Below, in pieces: positions 10,557-20,201 of a stretch of DNA of 64,000 nucleotides (within the stretch, counting starts at the first letter, position 1; each line of letters opens with the position of its first letter). The notes beneath the pieces are model-generated. The model ran no database searches. It had not been told where the DNA came from and saw only the letters and a program-made list of their open reading frames with translations. The translations under genes and the position numbers were made by a program. The stretch comes from Acidimicrobiales bacterium (GTDB lineage Bacteria; Patescibacteriota; Minisyncoccia; Phycocordibacterales; UBA918), in NCBI GenBank assembly GCA_047638595.1, contig JBLIMJ010000003.1, positions 11,710 to 75,709 on the forward strand. Direction: 5' to 3'.

Positions 10557-13500
10557 TTAAACGTTGTCTTCTGACTGCGCTGGTAACTCTCGCTTCAGGT
10601 CAACATCAAGGGCAAGTCCTCGGAGTTGATTTACCAGAACGTTGAATGCTGCTGGCGTGTACGGGTGACCAATTGATTCTCCTCGAACAATCGAGTCAAA
10701 TGCTGCACTTCGTCCTACGATATCGTCTGACTTAATAGTGAGCATTTCACGAAGTGTGTACGCAGCTCCGTACCCAAGAAGTGCCCATACTTCCATTTCT
10801 CCAAATCGCTGTCCACCAATCTGAGCCTTACCTCCTAATGGCTGTTGGGTAATCAGTGAGTATGGACCTATTGAACGCATATGAATCTTGTCTTCCACCA
10901 TGTGATGAAGTTTCAAGATATACATATAACCAAGTGCTGTTCTTTGTTCAAATTTTTCACCAGTACGTCCATCTCGTAATTGTAGTTTTCCGTCTCTTGG
11001 GATACCAGCTTCTTCTAATTCATCTTTGATTTCATCTTCCGTTGCAGATGCAAACGGAGGTACAATAGCCTGATATCCAAGTGAGTGAGCAGCCATACCG
11101 AGGTGTAGCTCAAGGATCTGACCAAGGTTCATACGTGATGGCACACCAAGTGGTGTCAAAAGAATATCAACTGGACGTCCATCTTCTGTATAAGGCATAT
11201 CTTCTTCTGGAAGAATTCTTGAGATAACACCCTTGTTACCATGACGTCCTGCAAGCTTGTCACCTACAGATATATTTCGTACCTGTGCAACAGTGACAAG
11301 AATCTTCTTGATAACACCACTTTCTAGATTGTCTCCATTTTCACGAGAGAAAATCTTTACGCCAATTACTCGTCCTCTCTTTCCAGCCTGAAGTCGTAGT
11401 GAAGTATCTTTTACATCTTTAGCCTTTTCACCAAAGATAGATCGGAGTAATCGTTCTTCAGGAGTTAGTTGTGCTTCACCCTTTGGTGTTACCTTACCAA
11501 CAAGAATATCTCCAGGACGTACCTCTGCACCTACACGGATAATTCCGTTTTCGTCGAGGTTCCGAAGTTTCATTTCTGACACATTTGGGATATCTGGAGT
11601 TGTTACTTCAGGTCCAAGCTTTGTGTCTCGTACAGACACATCGAGTTCATCCAGGTGAATAGAAGCAAACTTACTTTTCTTCACAAGGCGTTCTGAAATA
11701 ATAATCGCATCCTCATAGTTCGCACCAGACCATGACATAAATGCTACCAGAGCATTTTGCCCTACCGCCATTTGACCATGATCAGTTGAGGTAGTGTCTG
11801 CAAGCAAGTCGCCTCGCAATAATTTATCTCCAACAGTTACCGCAGGTCGATGATAAAATGCTGAGAAATCGTTGGTTCGCTGGATAGTGGTCAATTCGTA
11901 TTCATCTTTCTTTCCGTCTTTTTTCTGAACTACGATGTGTGTTGCATCACATTCAATAACTTCACCAGCTTCACGGGCTACAAGAACACGTCCTGTATCT
12001 CGTGCAGCCAGTCCTTCAATACCAGTTCCTACAATCGGCGCCTCTGGGATAACACAAGGAGTCGCCTGCTTTTGCATGTTTGAACCCATCAATGTTCGGT
12101 TGGCGTCATCATGATTCAAAAATGGAATCATTGAGGTAGCCACAGAGAATGCCTGGTTGGTTGCAATATCCATGTAGTCAACATCTTTCCTTGCTACCAA
12201 TCGAGGCTCACCCTTACGACGTACTTCTACGTGATCAGGTGTAATTCTGCCCTTGCTATCTACTTCTACTGCAGCATGCGCAATAGTGAATGCTTCTTCC
12301 TCATGTGCGTTAAGATATATAATTTCGCCGGTTAAAATACCTTTCTCTACTTTTACGTATGGTGTTTCTATAATACCGAATCGGTTTACTCGAGCATACA
12401 TTGCAAGACGAAGAATCAAACCAATGTTCGGCCCTTCCGGAGTATGGATTGGGCAGAGTCGTCCGTAGTGTGATGTATGAACGTCACGCACTTCAAAACC
12501 AGCACGTTCTCGTGTCAATCCACCAGGACCAAGCGCTGAAAGTGTACGTAGCCCTTCAAGCTCTCCAAGCACGTTTTGCTGTGGCATGAACTGTGAAAGC
12601 TGGTTTGTGGTAAAGAATTCTTTAATCGCAGCCTGTAGTGGTCGTGGATTAAGAATCTGCATTGGGAGTGAGGTTTCTGCTTCAATAGTCGACATCCGGT
12701 CTTGAATGTTTCGCTTCATACGAGTCATACCAACTCGTACTCGCTGGATAGCCATTTCACCGAAGTATCGTACACGTCGAAATCCGAGGTGGTCGATATC
12801 GTCTGGCATAGCTCCAGGTGTATGGTTGAGTACCATAATGTTCCCAAGAATCAATCGGAAATCCTCAAGTGAGGTTGTTCGTTCATCGGTTGCCTTTTTA
12901 TCAACAGGCCGATCAAAACGACTATTGAAATGATGCCGTCCGATTTCTGAAAGATCGTACCGTTCAGGAGAAAAGATGGAGTTTACAAACTCCTTTGCGT
13001 TATCTACGGTCGCAAGATCACCATCTCGCAGACGTTTATAGACTTCAACATATGAATCATCAGTCGTTTTTGCTGGATCTTTTTCAAGTGTTGCTTTGAT
13101 GTACTCCTCACCTCGCTCTACATCGCTAAAGAGCTTAATCATATCTTCATCTTTCTCAACGCCTAATACGCGGAGAAGTGAAGTGATAGGCACTTTCTTC
13201 TTTCGATCAATTTTAATGTAAATGATTCCATCCGCCTCAGACTCAATTTCAATCCATGCACCACGTGCAGGAATTATTTTTGCTCCAAAGTATGTTTTAC
13301 CCTTAATGTCTTGGGACGTGAAGAAGATACCGTAACTTCGTGCAAGTTGTGGCACCACTACTCGCTCAACACCATTAATGATGAATGTTCCATGATCAGT
13401 CATCACAGGAATATCCGCCAAGAAAATTTCCTGATCCTTTGCGGAATCAAAAGTTTTGTTCTTTAAGACTACTGTTGCACGCAATGGTGCATCATACGTA

Positions 13501-13775
13501 ATCTTGTTTGCTTTAGCGTGCGCTGGAGTACATTTAGGATTACCCAGTTCGTACTTCTTAAACTGCATCTCAAACTTCTTCTCAGAGTAGTCTGTGATTG
13601 GAGAAAATTCCTTAAAGATTCCCTTGAGCCCTTCCTCAACAAACCACTTATACGAATCTCGTTGTGGCTGAATCAAATCAGGCAACTCTACCAAAGGATC
13701 TTTGGCAAGCTTGAATCGCTTCTGTGGCATTGCACCTACTGAAACATAGTCATCTGCTTTTGGATTTGTATACAT
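10557..13775 (-). CDS. rpoB: RNA polymerase beta subunit
   Basis: GDKLAGRHGNKGV, GQRFGEMEVWAL, RDVHTSHYGRLCPI. Confidence 0.99.
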   Translation of the reverse strand: MYTNPKADDYVSVGAMPQKRFKLAKDPLVELPDLIQPQRDSYKWFVEEGLKGIFKEFSPITDYSEKKFEMQFKKYELGNPKCTPAHAKANKITYDAPLRATVVLKNKTFDSAKDQEIFLADIPVMTDHGTFIINGVERVVVPQLARSYGIFFTSQDIKGKTYFGAKIIPARGAWIEIESEADGIIYIKIDRKKKVPITSLLRVLGVEKDEDMIKLFSDVERGEEYIKATLEKDPAKTTDDSYVEVYKRLRDGDLATVDNAKEFVNSIFSPERYDLSEIGRHHFNSRFDRPVDKKATDERTTSLEDFRLILGNIMVLNHTPGAMPDDIDHLGFRRVRYFGEMAIQRVRVGMTRMKRNIQDRMSTIEAETSLPMQILNPRPLQAAIKEFFTTNQLSQFMPQQNVLGELEGLRTLSALGPGGLTRERAGFEVRDVHTSHYGRLCPIHTPEGPNIGLILRLAMYARVNRFGIIETPYVKVEKGILTGEIIYLNAHEEEAFTIAHAAVEVDSKGRITPDHVEVRRKGEPRLVARKDVDYMDIATNQAFSVATSMIPFLNHDDANRTLMGSNMQKQATPCVIPEAPIVGTGIEGLAARDTGRVLVAREAGEVIECDATHIVVQKKDGKKDEYELTTIQRTNDFSAFYHRPAVTVGDKLLRGDLLADTTSTDHGQMAVGQNALVAFMSWSGANYEDAIIISERLVKKSKFASIHLDELDVSVRDTKLGPEVTTPDIPNVSEMKLRNLDENGIIRVGAEVRPGDILVGKVTPKGEAQLTPEERLLRSIFGEKAKDVKDTSLRLQAGKRGRVIGVKIFSRENGDNLESGVIKKILVTVAQVRNISVGDKLAGRHGNKGVISRILPEEDMPYTEDGRPVDILLTPLGVPSRMNLGQILELHLGMAAHSLGYQAIVPPFASATEDEIKDELEEAGIPRDGKLQLRDGRTGEKFEQRTALGYMYILKLHHMVEDKIHMRSIGPYSLITQQPLGGKAQIGGQRFGEMEVWALLGYGAAYTLREMLTIKSDDIVGRSAAFDSIVRGESIGHPYTPAAFNVLVNQLRGLALDVDLKRELPAQSEDNV

Positions 13776-14082
13776 ATGTATATAAACGAAATTATGTGAA
13801 AAACAAATCTATAGGCACGAAAATTGAACGCTCAAAAGCGCTTATTGTCAGCCGTATTTATTTTTGCACGATTACTAATTGCATCACTTGAAAAGTGTTT
13901 TTTGTGTAAAAATCCTCCCAGATTTTTACAACCTCCTACAGAACCTACATCCCAACTCAATATCCGGCAACCGTGACTCACTCGAATAGAAAAAAGCGTT
14001 AGTGGCGGTGATTATACAGGAAATATAACATATTGCAACCAAGCTTTTTGAACATACCAGATAATATATATCCATATAACAA

Positions 14083-14113
14083 ATTACAGGGGACACCGGG
14101 TGTCCCCTGTAAT
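14083..14113 (-). terminator. Hairpin downstream of trmD
   Basis: attacaggggacacc-g-ggtgtcccctgtaat. Confidence 0.55.
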
Positions 14114-14125
14114 GAATGTCTATGG

Positions 14126-14815
14126 TTACTTCTCCTTTTTTGCACGCCAGGCGTCTATCATTTTATGATCACCACCTAACAAAACCTCTGGAACTTTGTA
14201 TTTCTTTTTTTTGTATTCTAAAACATCGGGTCGGGTATAGGCTTCGCCGTTAGTATCTCGCTCATCTTCTAGTGATTCAAATGTACCAAGCACACCCGGG
14301 ACCTGTCGGGAGACTGCGTCAATGATACTTAGTGCTGGGAGTTCACCTCCAGTAAGGATGTAATCTCCCATGCTCACCTCTTGAGCTTTCAGTGCTTTAT
14401 TTACTCGGTAATCAATACCTTCATACCGTCCAGAGATAAGAACGACATGGTCGTATTTCTTCGCGAGGTCTTTCGCCATCTTCTGGTCGAACACTTTTCC
14501 TCGGGGAGACATAATCAACGTCTTCACTTTCTTTTCCTTCAAAGCCTTCGTCTTCCTCCCCACTGCTTTGCCCCATGCCTTAAGCACAGGTTCAGCAGCC
14601 ATGACCATACCTGGACCTCCTCCATATGGTTTATTGTCAACCTTCCTATTTTTGTCCTTCGTAAAGTCACGTGGATCATAATACTCAACAGAAATCTTCT
14701 TACCACGAACCTTTGCCCCCTTCCCCTTATCTGTTTTCTGAGCACGCCCCAAAATACTTGCGTCAGTATATGCGCGACAAACCTCTGGAAACAATGTGAT
14801 TACGTGGAAATTCAT
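14126..14815 (-). CDS. trmD: tRNA (guanine37-N1)-methyltransferase
   Basis: VDNKPYGGGPGMVM, SGRYEGID, DYILTGGELPA. Confidence 0.97.
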   Translation of the reverse strand: MNFHVITLFPEVCRAYTDASILGRAQKTDKGKGAKVRGKKISVEYYDPRDFTKDKNRKVDNKPYGGGPGMVMAAEPVLKAWGKAVGRKTKALKEKKVKTLIMSPRGKVFDQKMAKDLAKKYDHVVLISGRYEGIDYRVNKALKAQEVSMGDYILTGGELPALSIIDAVSRQVPGVLGTFESLEDERDTNGEAYTRPDVLEYKKKKYKVPEVLLGGDHKMIDAWRAKKEK

Positions 14816-14817
14816 AG

Positions 14818-15249
14818 TTATAATTTATCTTTGTACTTTTCAATAAAAAATGGGAACTGCGAATGCATTGGTTCTGGAAATTCATCAATGGTACACCATC
14901 GTAAATCAAGACACTTGTCTGGTTCAGTGATTCTCACTTGTTCAGGGTTGATTTGCACCAAATGATCAAATTGTATCCAGTGTGTCTTCTTGCCCTCATG
15001 CTCTCGAAATACCTCTCGTGTACCAATAAACTCAATATGTAAAACATCTGCTCCACATTCTTCTTTTACTTCTTTACGTATTGTTTCATCAATAGAATCA
15101 CCAAACTCAATTCCCCCACTTCCAATAGGATCCCATCGATTGTGTTCATCCCGGCATTTATCGCTACGCAAACCGAGCAAGTACCGACCTTGACCATCAT
15201 GACATAGCGTCACTGCTGCATTACCTATGTAATCTAACCCCTTTATCAT
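14818..15249 (-). CDS. NUDIX hydrolase
   Basis: GGIEFGDSIDETIRKEVKEECG Nudix box; start moved to ATG 15249. Confidence 0.88.
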   Translation of the reverse strand: MIKGLDYIGNAAVTLCHDGQGRYLLGLRSDKCRDEHNRWDPIGSGGIEFGDSIDETIRKEVKEECGADVLHIEFIGTREVFREHEGKKTHWIQFDHLVQINPEQVRITEPDKCLDLRWCTIDEFPEPMHSQFPFFIEKYKDKL

Positions 15250-15295
15250 CCAGACATCGTAGCATGAAAGTAAACTGTTCAATACTCAAGACCTA

Positions 15296-15419
15296 AACTA
15301 TAGCGGTTAACCGCTATAGTTCCTCAGTCAGTGGGAATCTCTTATCATACGATTAATCGTATGATAAGAGATTAAAGTGGCGGAACTAGTTCAACATCTC
15401 TATAGTACGGTTAACCGTA
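15296..15419. repeat. Cluster of three perfect palindromes with CG-R-TTAA-Y-CG core
   Basis: aactatagcggttaaccgctatagtt (15296-15321); aatctcttatcatacgattaatcgtatgataagagatt (15336-15373); tacggttaaccgta (15406-15419). Confidence 0.9.
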
Positions 15420-15462
15420 TACGAATTAAAAAATGGCCGAAGGTATTTTTATACAGTTCTTT

Positions 15463-16017
15463 TTAGTTGCAAGATGCTAAAGGTGGTTCGTCCTTAATTT
15501 TGCCAGCAAAGCCAGCAGAATCGACACAATACAGCGAACCATCAGTTAGTTTCGCAAATACACGATAAGTTTCAGTATCGTCTACACAATCCATCACTAG
15601 TGGATCCGTTTCAAGGCATACACCCACATATGAGTTATTGTTGTCATCATAGTGCATTTCAGCTGTTGCTCTGAGGATAGATACCTCAGACTTCGTAGCA
15701 GCGTCTTGTCCTTTGTCTCTGGCGCTATTAAGTGAACTGCTTACTATTGTTGCTAGAGCTAAAGGTATAACTATTATCAATCCTACAATCACTCCAATAA
15801 CAATAAGTACAATCTTTAAAACTGAAGGACCTTCCTTTTGTATCACTACTGGTTGTGACACAGCATTTACAGGAGGCACCCCAGAATCTACAGAAGTAAA
15901 TATCTGAACTATGAGTTCCTCCCCGTAGCCATTACTCCGCAAGGCTTCCTTGATTGCATCAGGTGTTATACCTTTCGCCAGCTCCCCTTTTACGTACTCA
16001 AATTGTTCTGGTGTCAT
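15463..16017 (-). CDS. Membrane-anchored pilin-like protein with small N-terminal cytoplasmic domain
   Basis: TM followed by SSLNSARDKGQDAATKS pilin-like helix and YCVDS..G Cys motif; no prepilin cleavage site. Confidence 0.65.
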   Translation of the reverse strand: MTPEQFEYVKGELAKGITPDAIKEALRSNGYGEELIVQIFTSVDSGVPPVNAVSQPVVIQKEGPSVLKIVLIVIGVIVGLIIVIPLALATIVSSSLNSARDKGQDAATKSEVSILRATAEMHYDDNNNSYVGVCLETDPLVMDCVDDTETYRVFAKLTDGSLYCVDSAGFAGKIKDEPPLASCN

Positions 16018-16081
16018 ATGTATTTAGTCTACCAGTAAATAAGTACTAAACATCTGTTTATTAACAAAAAAGTGTTCTAGA

Positions 16082-16116
16082 TAAAACAAAAACGGCCGAA
16101 GGCCGTTTTTGTTTTA
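16082..16116 (-). terminator. Terminator of rpsP-khpA
   Basis: taaaacaaaaacggcc-gaa-ggccgtttttgtttta. Confidence 0.75.
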
Positions 16117-16132
16117 GTCACTCCTCTTCATC

Positions 16133-16260
16133 ATTTGAAGAATAGAAATGAGATGAAATACGAGGCGCGTGAGGAAAATAATGTGAGACGTACATTGAGT
16201 ACGTTGAACATTATTTTACCGAACTGCAACGAAGTAGTTCGCTCGTTTATATCTTCAAAT
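16133..16260 (+). repeat. ~127 bp structured repeat, copy 2 (overlaps khpA 3' end)
   Basis: ggaaaataatgt-gag-acgtac-attga-gtacgt-tga-acattatttt; outer arm atttgaaga / tcttcaaat. Confidence 0.85.
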
Positions 16261-16624
16261 CGTCGATGGCGTCGTCTAGGGACTTAGGCTCCGGCGCTAT
16301 CTCCTCCCCTACACTCATGGCTTCTCCTGTATCACTTCCGCCACCCTCTTCGGTAGCATCTGCTGTTACCACACGCCCACCTTCTGGTTCGTTAATCTTT
16401 AAATTAACTCGTGCGTCATTCTTCATTCCTACCACTCGAAGTAGTGTTCGGATAGCCTTTGCGGTATTACCTGAACGTCCAATAATCTTACCCATGTCGT
16501 CAGCATGTACATCAAGTGTAAGAAGCACACCCATCTCATCTACTGTTCGATTAACTTTTACGCTGTCTGGGTTATCTACCAATGAAGTAACTACAATCTC
16601 TAGAAATTTCTGATCATCTTGCAT
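16247..16624 (-). CDS. khpA: KH-domain RNA-binding protein KhpA (YlqC)
   Basis: DMGKIIGRSGNTAKAIRTLL; downstream of rpsP. Confidence 0.93.
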   Translation of the reverse strand: MQDDQKFLEIVVTSLVDNPDSVKVNRTVDEMGVLLTLDVHADDMGKIIGRSGNTAKAIRTLLRVVGMKNDARVNLKINEPEGGRVVTADATEEGGGSDTGEAMSVGEEIAPEPKSLDDAIDDLKI

Positions 16625-16702
16625 ATGCGTTTAGAACTAAGTCTGATAAGCGTACACTTTTAGTGTTGCTATCATCAATAGTACGAAAGGTTTGACCAGA
16701 CG

Positions 16703-16744
16703 TCAACAGGCACATATGTACATTCGTACATATGTGCCTGTTGA
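16703..16744. repeat. Long palindrome between rpsP and khpA
   Basis: tcaacaggcacatatgtac-attc-gtacatatgtgcctgttga. Confidence 0.8.
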
Positions 16745-16756
16745 TTCCAATTCAGC

Positions 16757-17296
16757 TTACGCTTTATCTTCCTCTGTTTTTGCTTCTTCTGCTGGAATTT
16801 CTGATTTTACTTCAGCTTTAGGTTCCTCTGGAGTTTCCTCAGCAGGAGTTTCAGATTCTTCAGGAGTTTCCACAGCTTCAAGAACTGATTCTTCTTCTTT
16901 AGTTTCTTCAGCTGGAGTTTCTTCTGCTACTTCTTCTACAGGAGCTTCAGCCTCTGCTTTTGCTGCTTCTTCAGCAGCTTCCTCTTCTTCCTTCTTTTTT
17001 GCAAGGGCTTCTTCGTCTACAATAGGTGATTTCCGCGGAAGAGGGTTAATAGTCTTCGCATCAATCACTTTTTGTTTAACGAGAATGTTGTGCACGGTAT
17101 CTGAAGGCTGCACACCCTTTGAAAGCCAATCTGTAGCCGCCTCCGCATCAAGCTGAATGTGGCTCATCTTTGGATTGTAAGATCCAATGATTGCTACATG
17201 CTTGTTACTCTTGGGACCAGTTCGCTTATCAGTCACCACAATACGATAACTAGGATCGTTTTTGCGGCCGACTCGTTGTAATCTCATCATTAACAT
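16757..17296 (-). CDS. rpsP: 30S ribosomal protein S16 with long acidic C-terminal tail
   Basis: MLMMRLQRVGRKNDPSYRIVV..GSYNP..WLSKGVQPSDTV; start ATG 17296. Confidence 0.96.
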   Translation of the reverse strand: MLMMRLQRVGRKNDPSYRIVVTDKRTGPKSNKHVAIIGSYNPKMSHIQLDAEAATDWLSKGVQPSDTVHNILVKQKVIDAKTINPLPRKSPIVDEEALAKKKEEEEAAEEAAKAEAEAPVEEVAEETPAEETKEEESVLEAVETPEESETPAEETPEEPKAEVKSEIPAEEAKTEEDKA

Positions 17297-17434
17297 ATAA
17301 ATATAAAATTTATACAAATTTCGCTCGTTCGGACATGGATAAATAAATTTACCCGCGTCACTCACTTGCTCATTTGTAACGGTCGCAACAATACTACATA
17401 TACATGTCTTTGGCAACATATATAAGCCTCTATA

Positions 17435-17740
17435 AAAACAACAGCCCAAACTGAGGGCTGTAAACGGCATTGTATTCCACCTGAAGGTACTCAATCCAGA
17501 CGGATTAGGTAATGCTCTATAACATAAACGTTTCAGTCAAGGTACGCGGTTGCTGCCGCGCCGTAACCTACTTTATTCAAGAAATATTACTATTACCTAA
17601 TCCGCCCCAACAGGGAGAACATCTAACACCACAGGAAGAGAAGATGTTAAATGGCAATCTTCGTAATCAAAACAATGAACTTCTTTACCGCATCTGCTAT
17701 ACGGTGAATCGTCACCGCTTCAAACACGAAAAGTATTTTT
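17435..17740 (-). ncRNA. Candidate structured non-coding RNA
   Basis: No credible ORF; 15 bp long-range stem ggcggattaggtaat/attacctaatccgtc, several hairpins, terminator acagccc-tcagttt-gggctgt-tgttttt at the minus-strand 3' end. Confidence 0.45.
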
Positions 17741-17845
17741 AGTGTATACCTTTTAGACTAAATTTCATACTCCTCAGTGCATAATTAAAATAGAAAGATA
17801 GTATTGTCAAATCTCTCTCTTCACGGTACACTGCGCACCATATAT

Positions 17846-19816
17846 ATGACTGAAAATAACGAGAACAAAACATACCAGGGAGCGATTGCGGTGCGTGGTA
17901 GAGGTATCGGGTTTTTTATCCGTCCTGACCAAAAAGAAGACGATGAAGATATTCTTATTACTACTGAAAATCTCTCTTTTGCACTTGATACGGATATTGT
18001 AAAAATTGAAGTCTTTCCTAAAGAAGGAGGTAAACGACAAGAAGGTAAAGTACTTGAAGTACTTGAGCCTGCACATAAAGAATTCATCGGGACAGTCAAA
18101 CCTGCTGGAGCTGGTAAACCAGAACGATACCTACAGCCTGATAACCACCGTGTGCATATCCGACCTATTCTACCTGAAGCTACTGACCTCGATGACGGTA
18201 TGAAGGTAGTAGTTGAAATCGCATCTTGGGAATCTCCTCACACTGCACCTATAGGAAAAATTACTGAAACCCTTGGCAAGGCTGGTGACCATGAAACAGA
18301 AATGCAGGCGATTATTCGTTCTGGTGGTTTTTCTGAAAGTTTTTCTGAAGAAGTTTCAAAAGCTGGGCAAGACTTGTACGAACGTAAAGATGAGATATTT
18401 GCCACTGCAATTGCTGACACTAAAGGAGAAAATCCAACACGGCGAGACATGCGTGAGACAGTTACCATGACCATTGACCCTGCAGACTCAAAAGACTTTG
18501 ATGATGCCCTTTCTTTCAAAGCACTCGATAACGGTAATTACGAAATTGGTATCCATATTGCTGATGTCTCGCACTATGTACAAGAAGGTGACGTTATTGA
18601 TGTTGAAGCACATGAACGTGGAACTTCTATCTATCTCGTAGACAGAGTAATCCCAATGCTTCCTGAAGTACTTTCAAATGATCTCTGTTCCCTTCGCCCG
18701 AACGAAGACCGACTTGCCTTTTCAGCAGTATTTGAGATCAACCCAAATGCTGAAATGATTGGAGAATGGTACGGCCAAACTATCATCCATTCAAACCGCC
18801 GTTTCAGCTATCAAGATGCTCAGGAGGTACTTGATACACAGTCTGGCGACAATCTTGAAGCATTAAACACCCTTATGGCTGTCGGACGACTCTTGAGAAC
18901 ACAACGATACAAAGATGGCGCAATTGCTTTTGAACAACCTGAAGTTAAATTCATACTTGATGAAGATGGGAAACCTATCGATGTCGTTGCAAAAGAGCGT
19001 ATTGAAACAATGCTCATGATTGAGGATTTTATGCTCTTAGCTAACCAAGGAGTGTCTAAGTATGTCGACAAACTTTGTAAAGATTCAGATAAACCCACAA
19101 CCTTCATTTACCGTATCCATGACTCTCCAGATCCTGACCGTATCAATGACCTTGCCATCTTTATTCATGCTCTTGGGTATGAATTTAAAGCAGATCAGGG
19201 AGAGGTTGATGCAAAGGATATAAATAAACTTTTGAAAGACATTGAAGGAAAACCAGAAGAGGATCTCTTGAAGGTGGCGACTATTCGTTCAATGGCAAAA
19301 GCAATCTATTCAACTAAAAACATCGGACACTTTGGCCTTGCGTTTGGGCACTACTCACACTTTACTTCCCCAATCCGTCGGTACCCTGACCTCATGGCAC
19401 ACCGCATGCTACGTAAACACCTCGACGGTACTATGATTGGACCAAAAGAGATGACTAAACATGAAAAGACTGCTACCCATGCTTCAGAACGAGAAATGTT
19501 TGCAGTACGTGCCGAACGAAACTCAGTCAAATTCAAGCAAGTTGAATACATGGCTGATAAAGTTGGGGAAGAATTCGACGGAATCATTACAGGAGTTACT
19601 GACTGGGGTATTTATGTACAAGAGAAAAACTCAATGTCAGAAGGAATGGTTCGTCTTGGAAGCATCAAGGGTGATTACTTTAAGAACGAAGCATCCAAGT
19701 ATCGTATCAAAGGTGAACGGACCGGTACCACCTATTCACTTGGACAGGAGGTTCGAATCAAACTCACTCGCGCAGATATAGAGGAGAGACAGTTAGATTT
19801 TTCTCTAATTGTGTAG
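17846..19816 (+). CDS. rnr: Ribonuclease R
   Basis: TIDPADSKDFDDALS, HIADVSHYV, HFTSPIRRYPDL, C-terminal S1 domain. Confidence 0.96.
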   Translation: MTENNENKTYQGAIAVRGRGIGFFIRPDQKEDDEDILITTENLSFALDTDIVKIEVFPKEGGKRQEGKVLEVLEPAHKEFIGTVKPAGAGKPERYLQPDNHRVHIRPILPEATDLDDGMKVVVEIASWESPHTAPIGKITETLGKAGDHETEMQAIIRSGGFSESFSEEVSKAGQDLYERKDEIFATAIADTKGENPTRRDMRETVTMTIDPADSKDFDDALSFKALDNGNYEIGIHIADVSHYVQEGDVIDVEAHERGTSIYLVDRVIPMLPEVLSNDLCSLRPNEDRLAFSAVFEINPNAEMIGEWYGQTIIHSNRRFSYQDAQEVLDTQSGDNLEALNTLMAVGRLLRTQRYKDGAIAFEQPEVKFILDEDGKPIDVVAKERIETMLMIEDFMLLANQGVSKYVDKLCKDSDKPTTFIYRIHDSPDPDRINDLAIFIHALGYEFKADQGEVDAKDINKLLKDIEGKPEEDLLKVATIRSMAKAIYSTKNIGHFGLAFGHYSHFTSPIRRYPDLMAHRMLRKHLDGTMIGPKEMTKHEKTATHASEREMFAVRAERNSVKFKQVEYMADKVGEEFDGIITGVTDWGIYVQEKNSMSEGMVRLGSIKGDYFKNEASKYRIKGERTGTTYSLGQEVRIKLTRADIEERQLDFSLIV

Positions 19817-19823
19817 ATTTATA

Positions 19824-19865
19824 CAACAAAAGACACGACACTCTTCGAGTGTCGTGTCTTTTGTT
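19824..19865 (+). terminator. rnr terminator
   Basis: aacaaaagacacgacactc-ttc-gagtgtcgtgtcttttgtt. Confidence 0.75.
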
Positions 19866-19927
19866 TCCACTTCATTTTGTAAGATTGTTCTAGATGGAGC
19901 GTCATAACTAGTAACAAACGAATTATT

Positions 19928-20101
19928 ATGAAAGAACAAAGCTACAGATTTGCCAATAGAAACATCGAAACTGCCTATATCAAAAAGGTTGGTGGTATTT
20001 CTGATTGCATGAGTGCACTTGGTCACTTTCTTAAACTTCGATCTAGCCGTGGCCATGGTTCCCGTAAATCTGCATATAGTTACTATATACGCAATATTTA
20101 A
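19928..20101 (+). CDS. Putative small basic protein (57 aa, MKEQSYRFANRNIETAYIKKVGG...)
   Basis: Hand-translated ORF below the 60 aa track cutoff, followed by a ccggc..gccggtttt hairpin. Confidence 0.35.
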   Translation: MKEQSYRFANRNIETAYIKKVGGISDCMSALGHFLKLRSSRGHGSRKSAYSYYIRNI

Positions 20102-20201
20102 CTAAGAACTATATAGAACTATCTCCCCGGCTGTATCAAAGCCGGTTTTATTAACTTTGAACAGACGATGTAGTTCTTTACCATAACCAACGAGGTACAT
20201 T

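Noticed and set aside
6901-13742. Many antisense or alternate-frame ORFs inside rpoBC (and likewise inside other core genes)
   Set aside because: Shadow ORFs of long genes with no independent signals
13776-14010. Long rpoB upstream region as a riboswitch
   Set aside because: Only weak hairpins and no recognisable motif by eye
14126-17296. Absence of rimM and rplS from the rpsP-trmD cluster
   Set aside because: Cannot tell loss from relocation within one window
17297-17494. N-terminal extension of the rpsP ORF
   Set aside because: Covers promoter and terminator-like DNA; S16 homology starts at 17296
17512-17742. 76 aa plus-strand ORF
   Set aside because: No SD or proximal -10 and no recognisable motif; region better explained by minus-strand RNA structure
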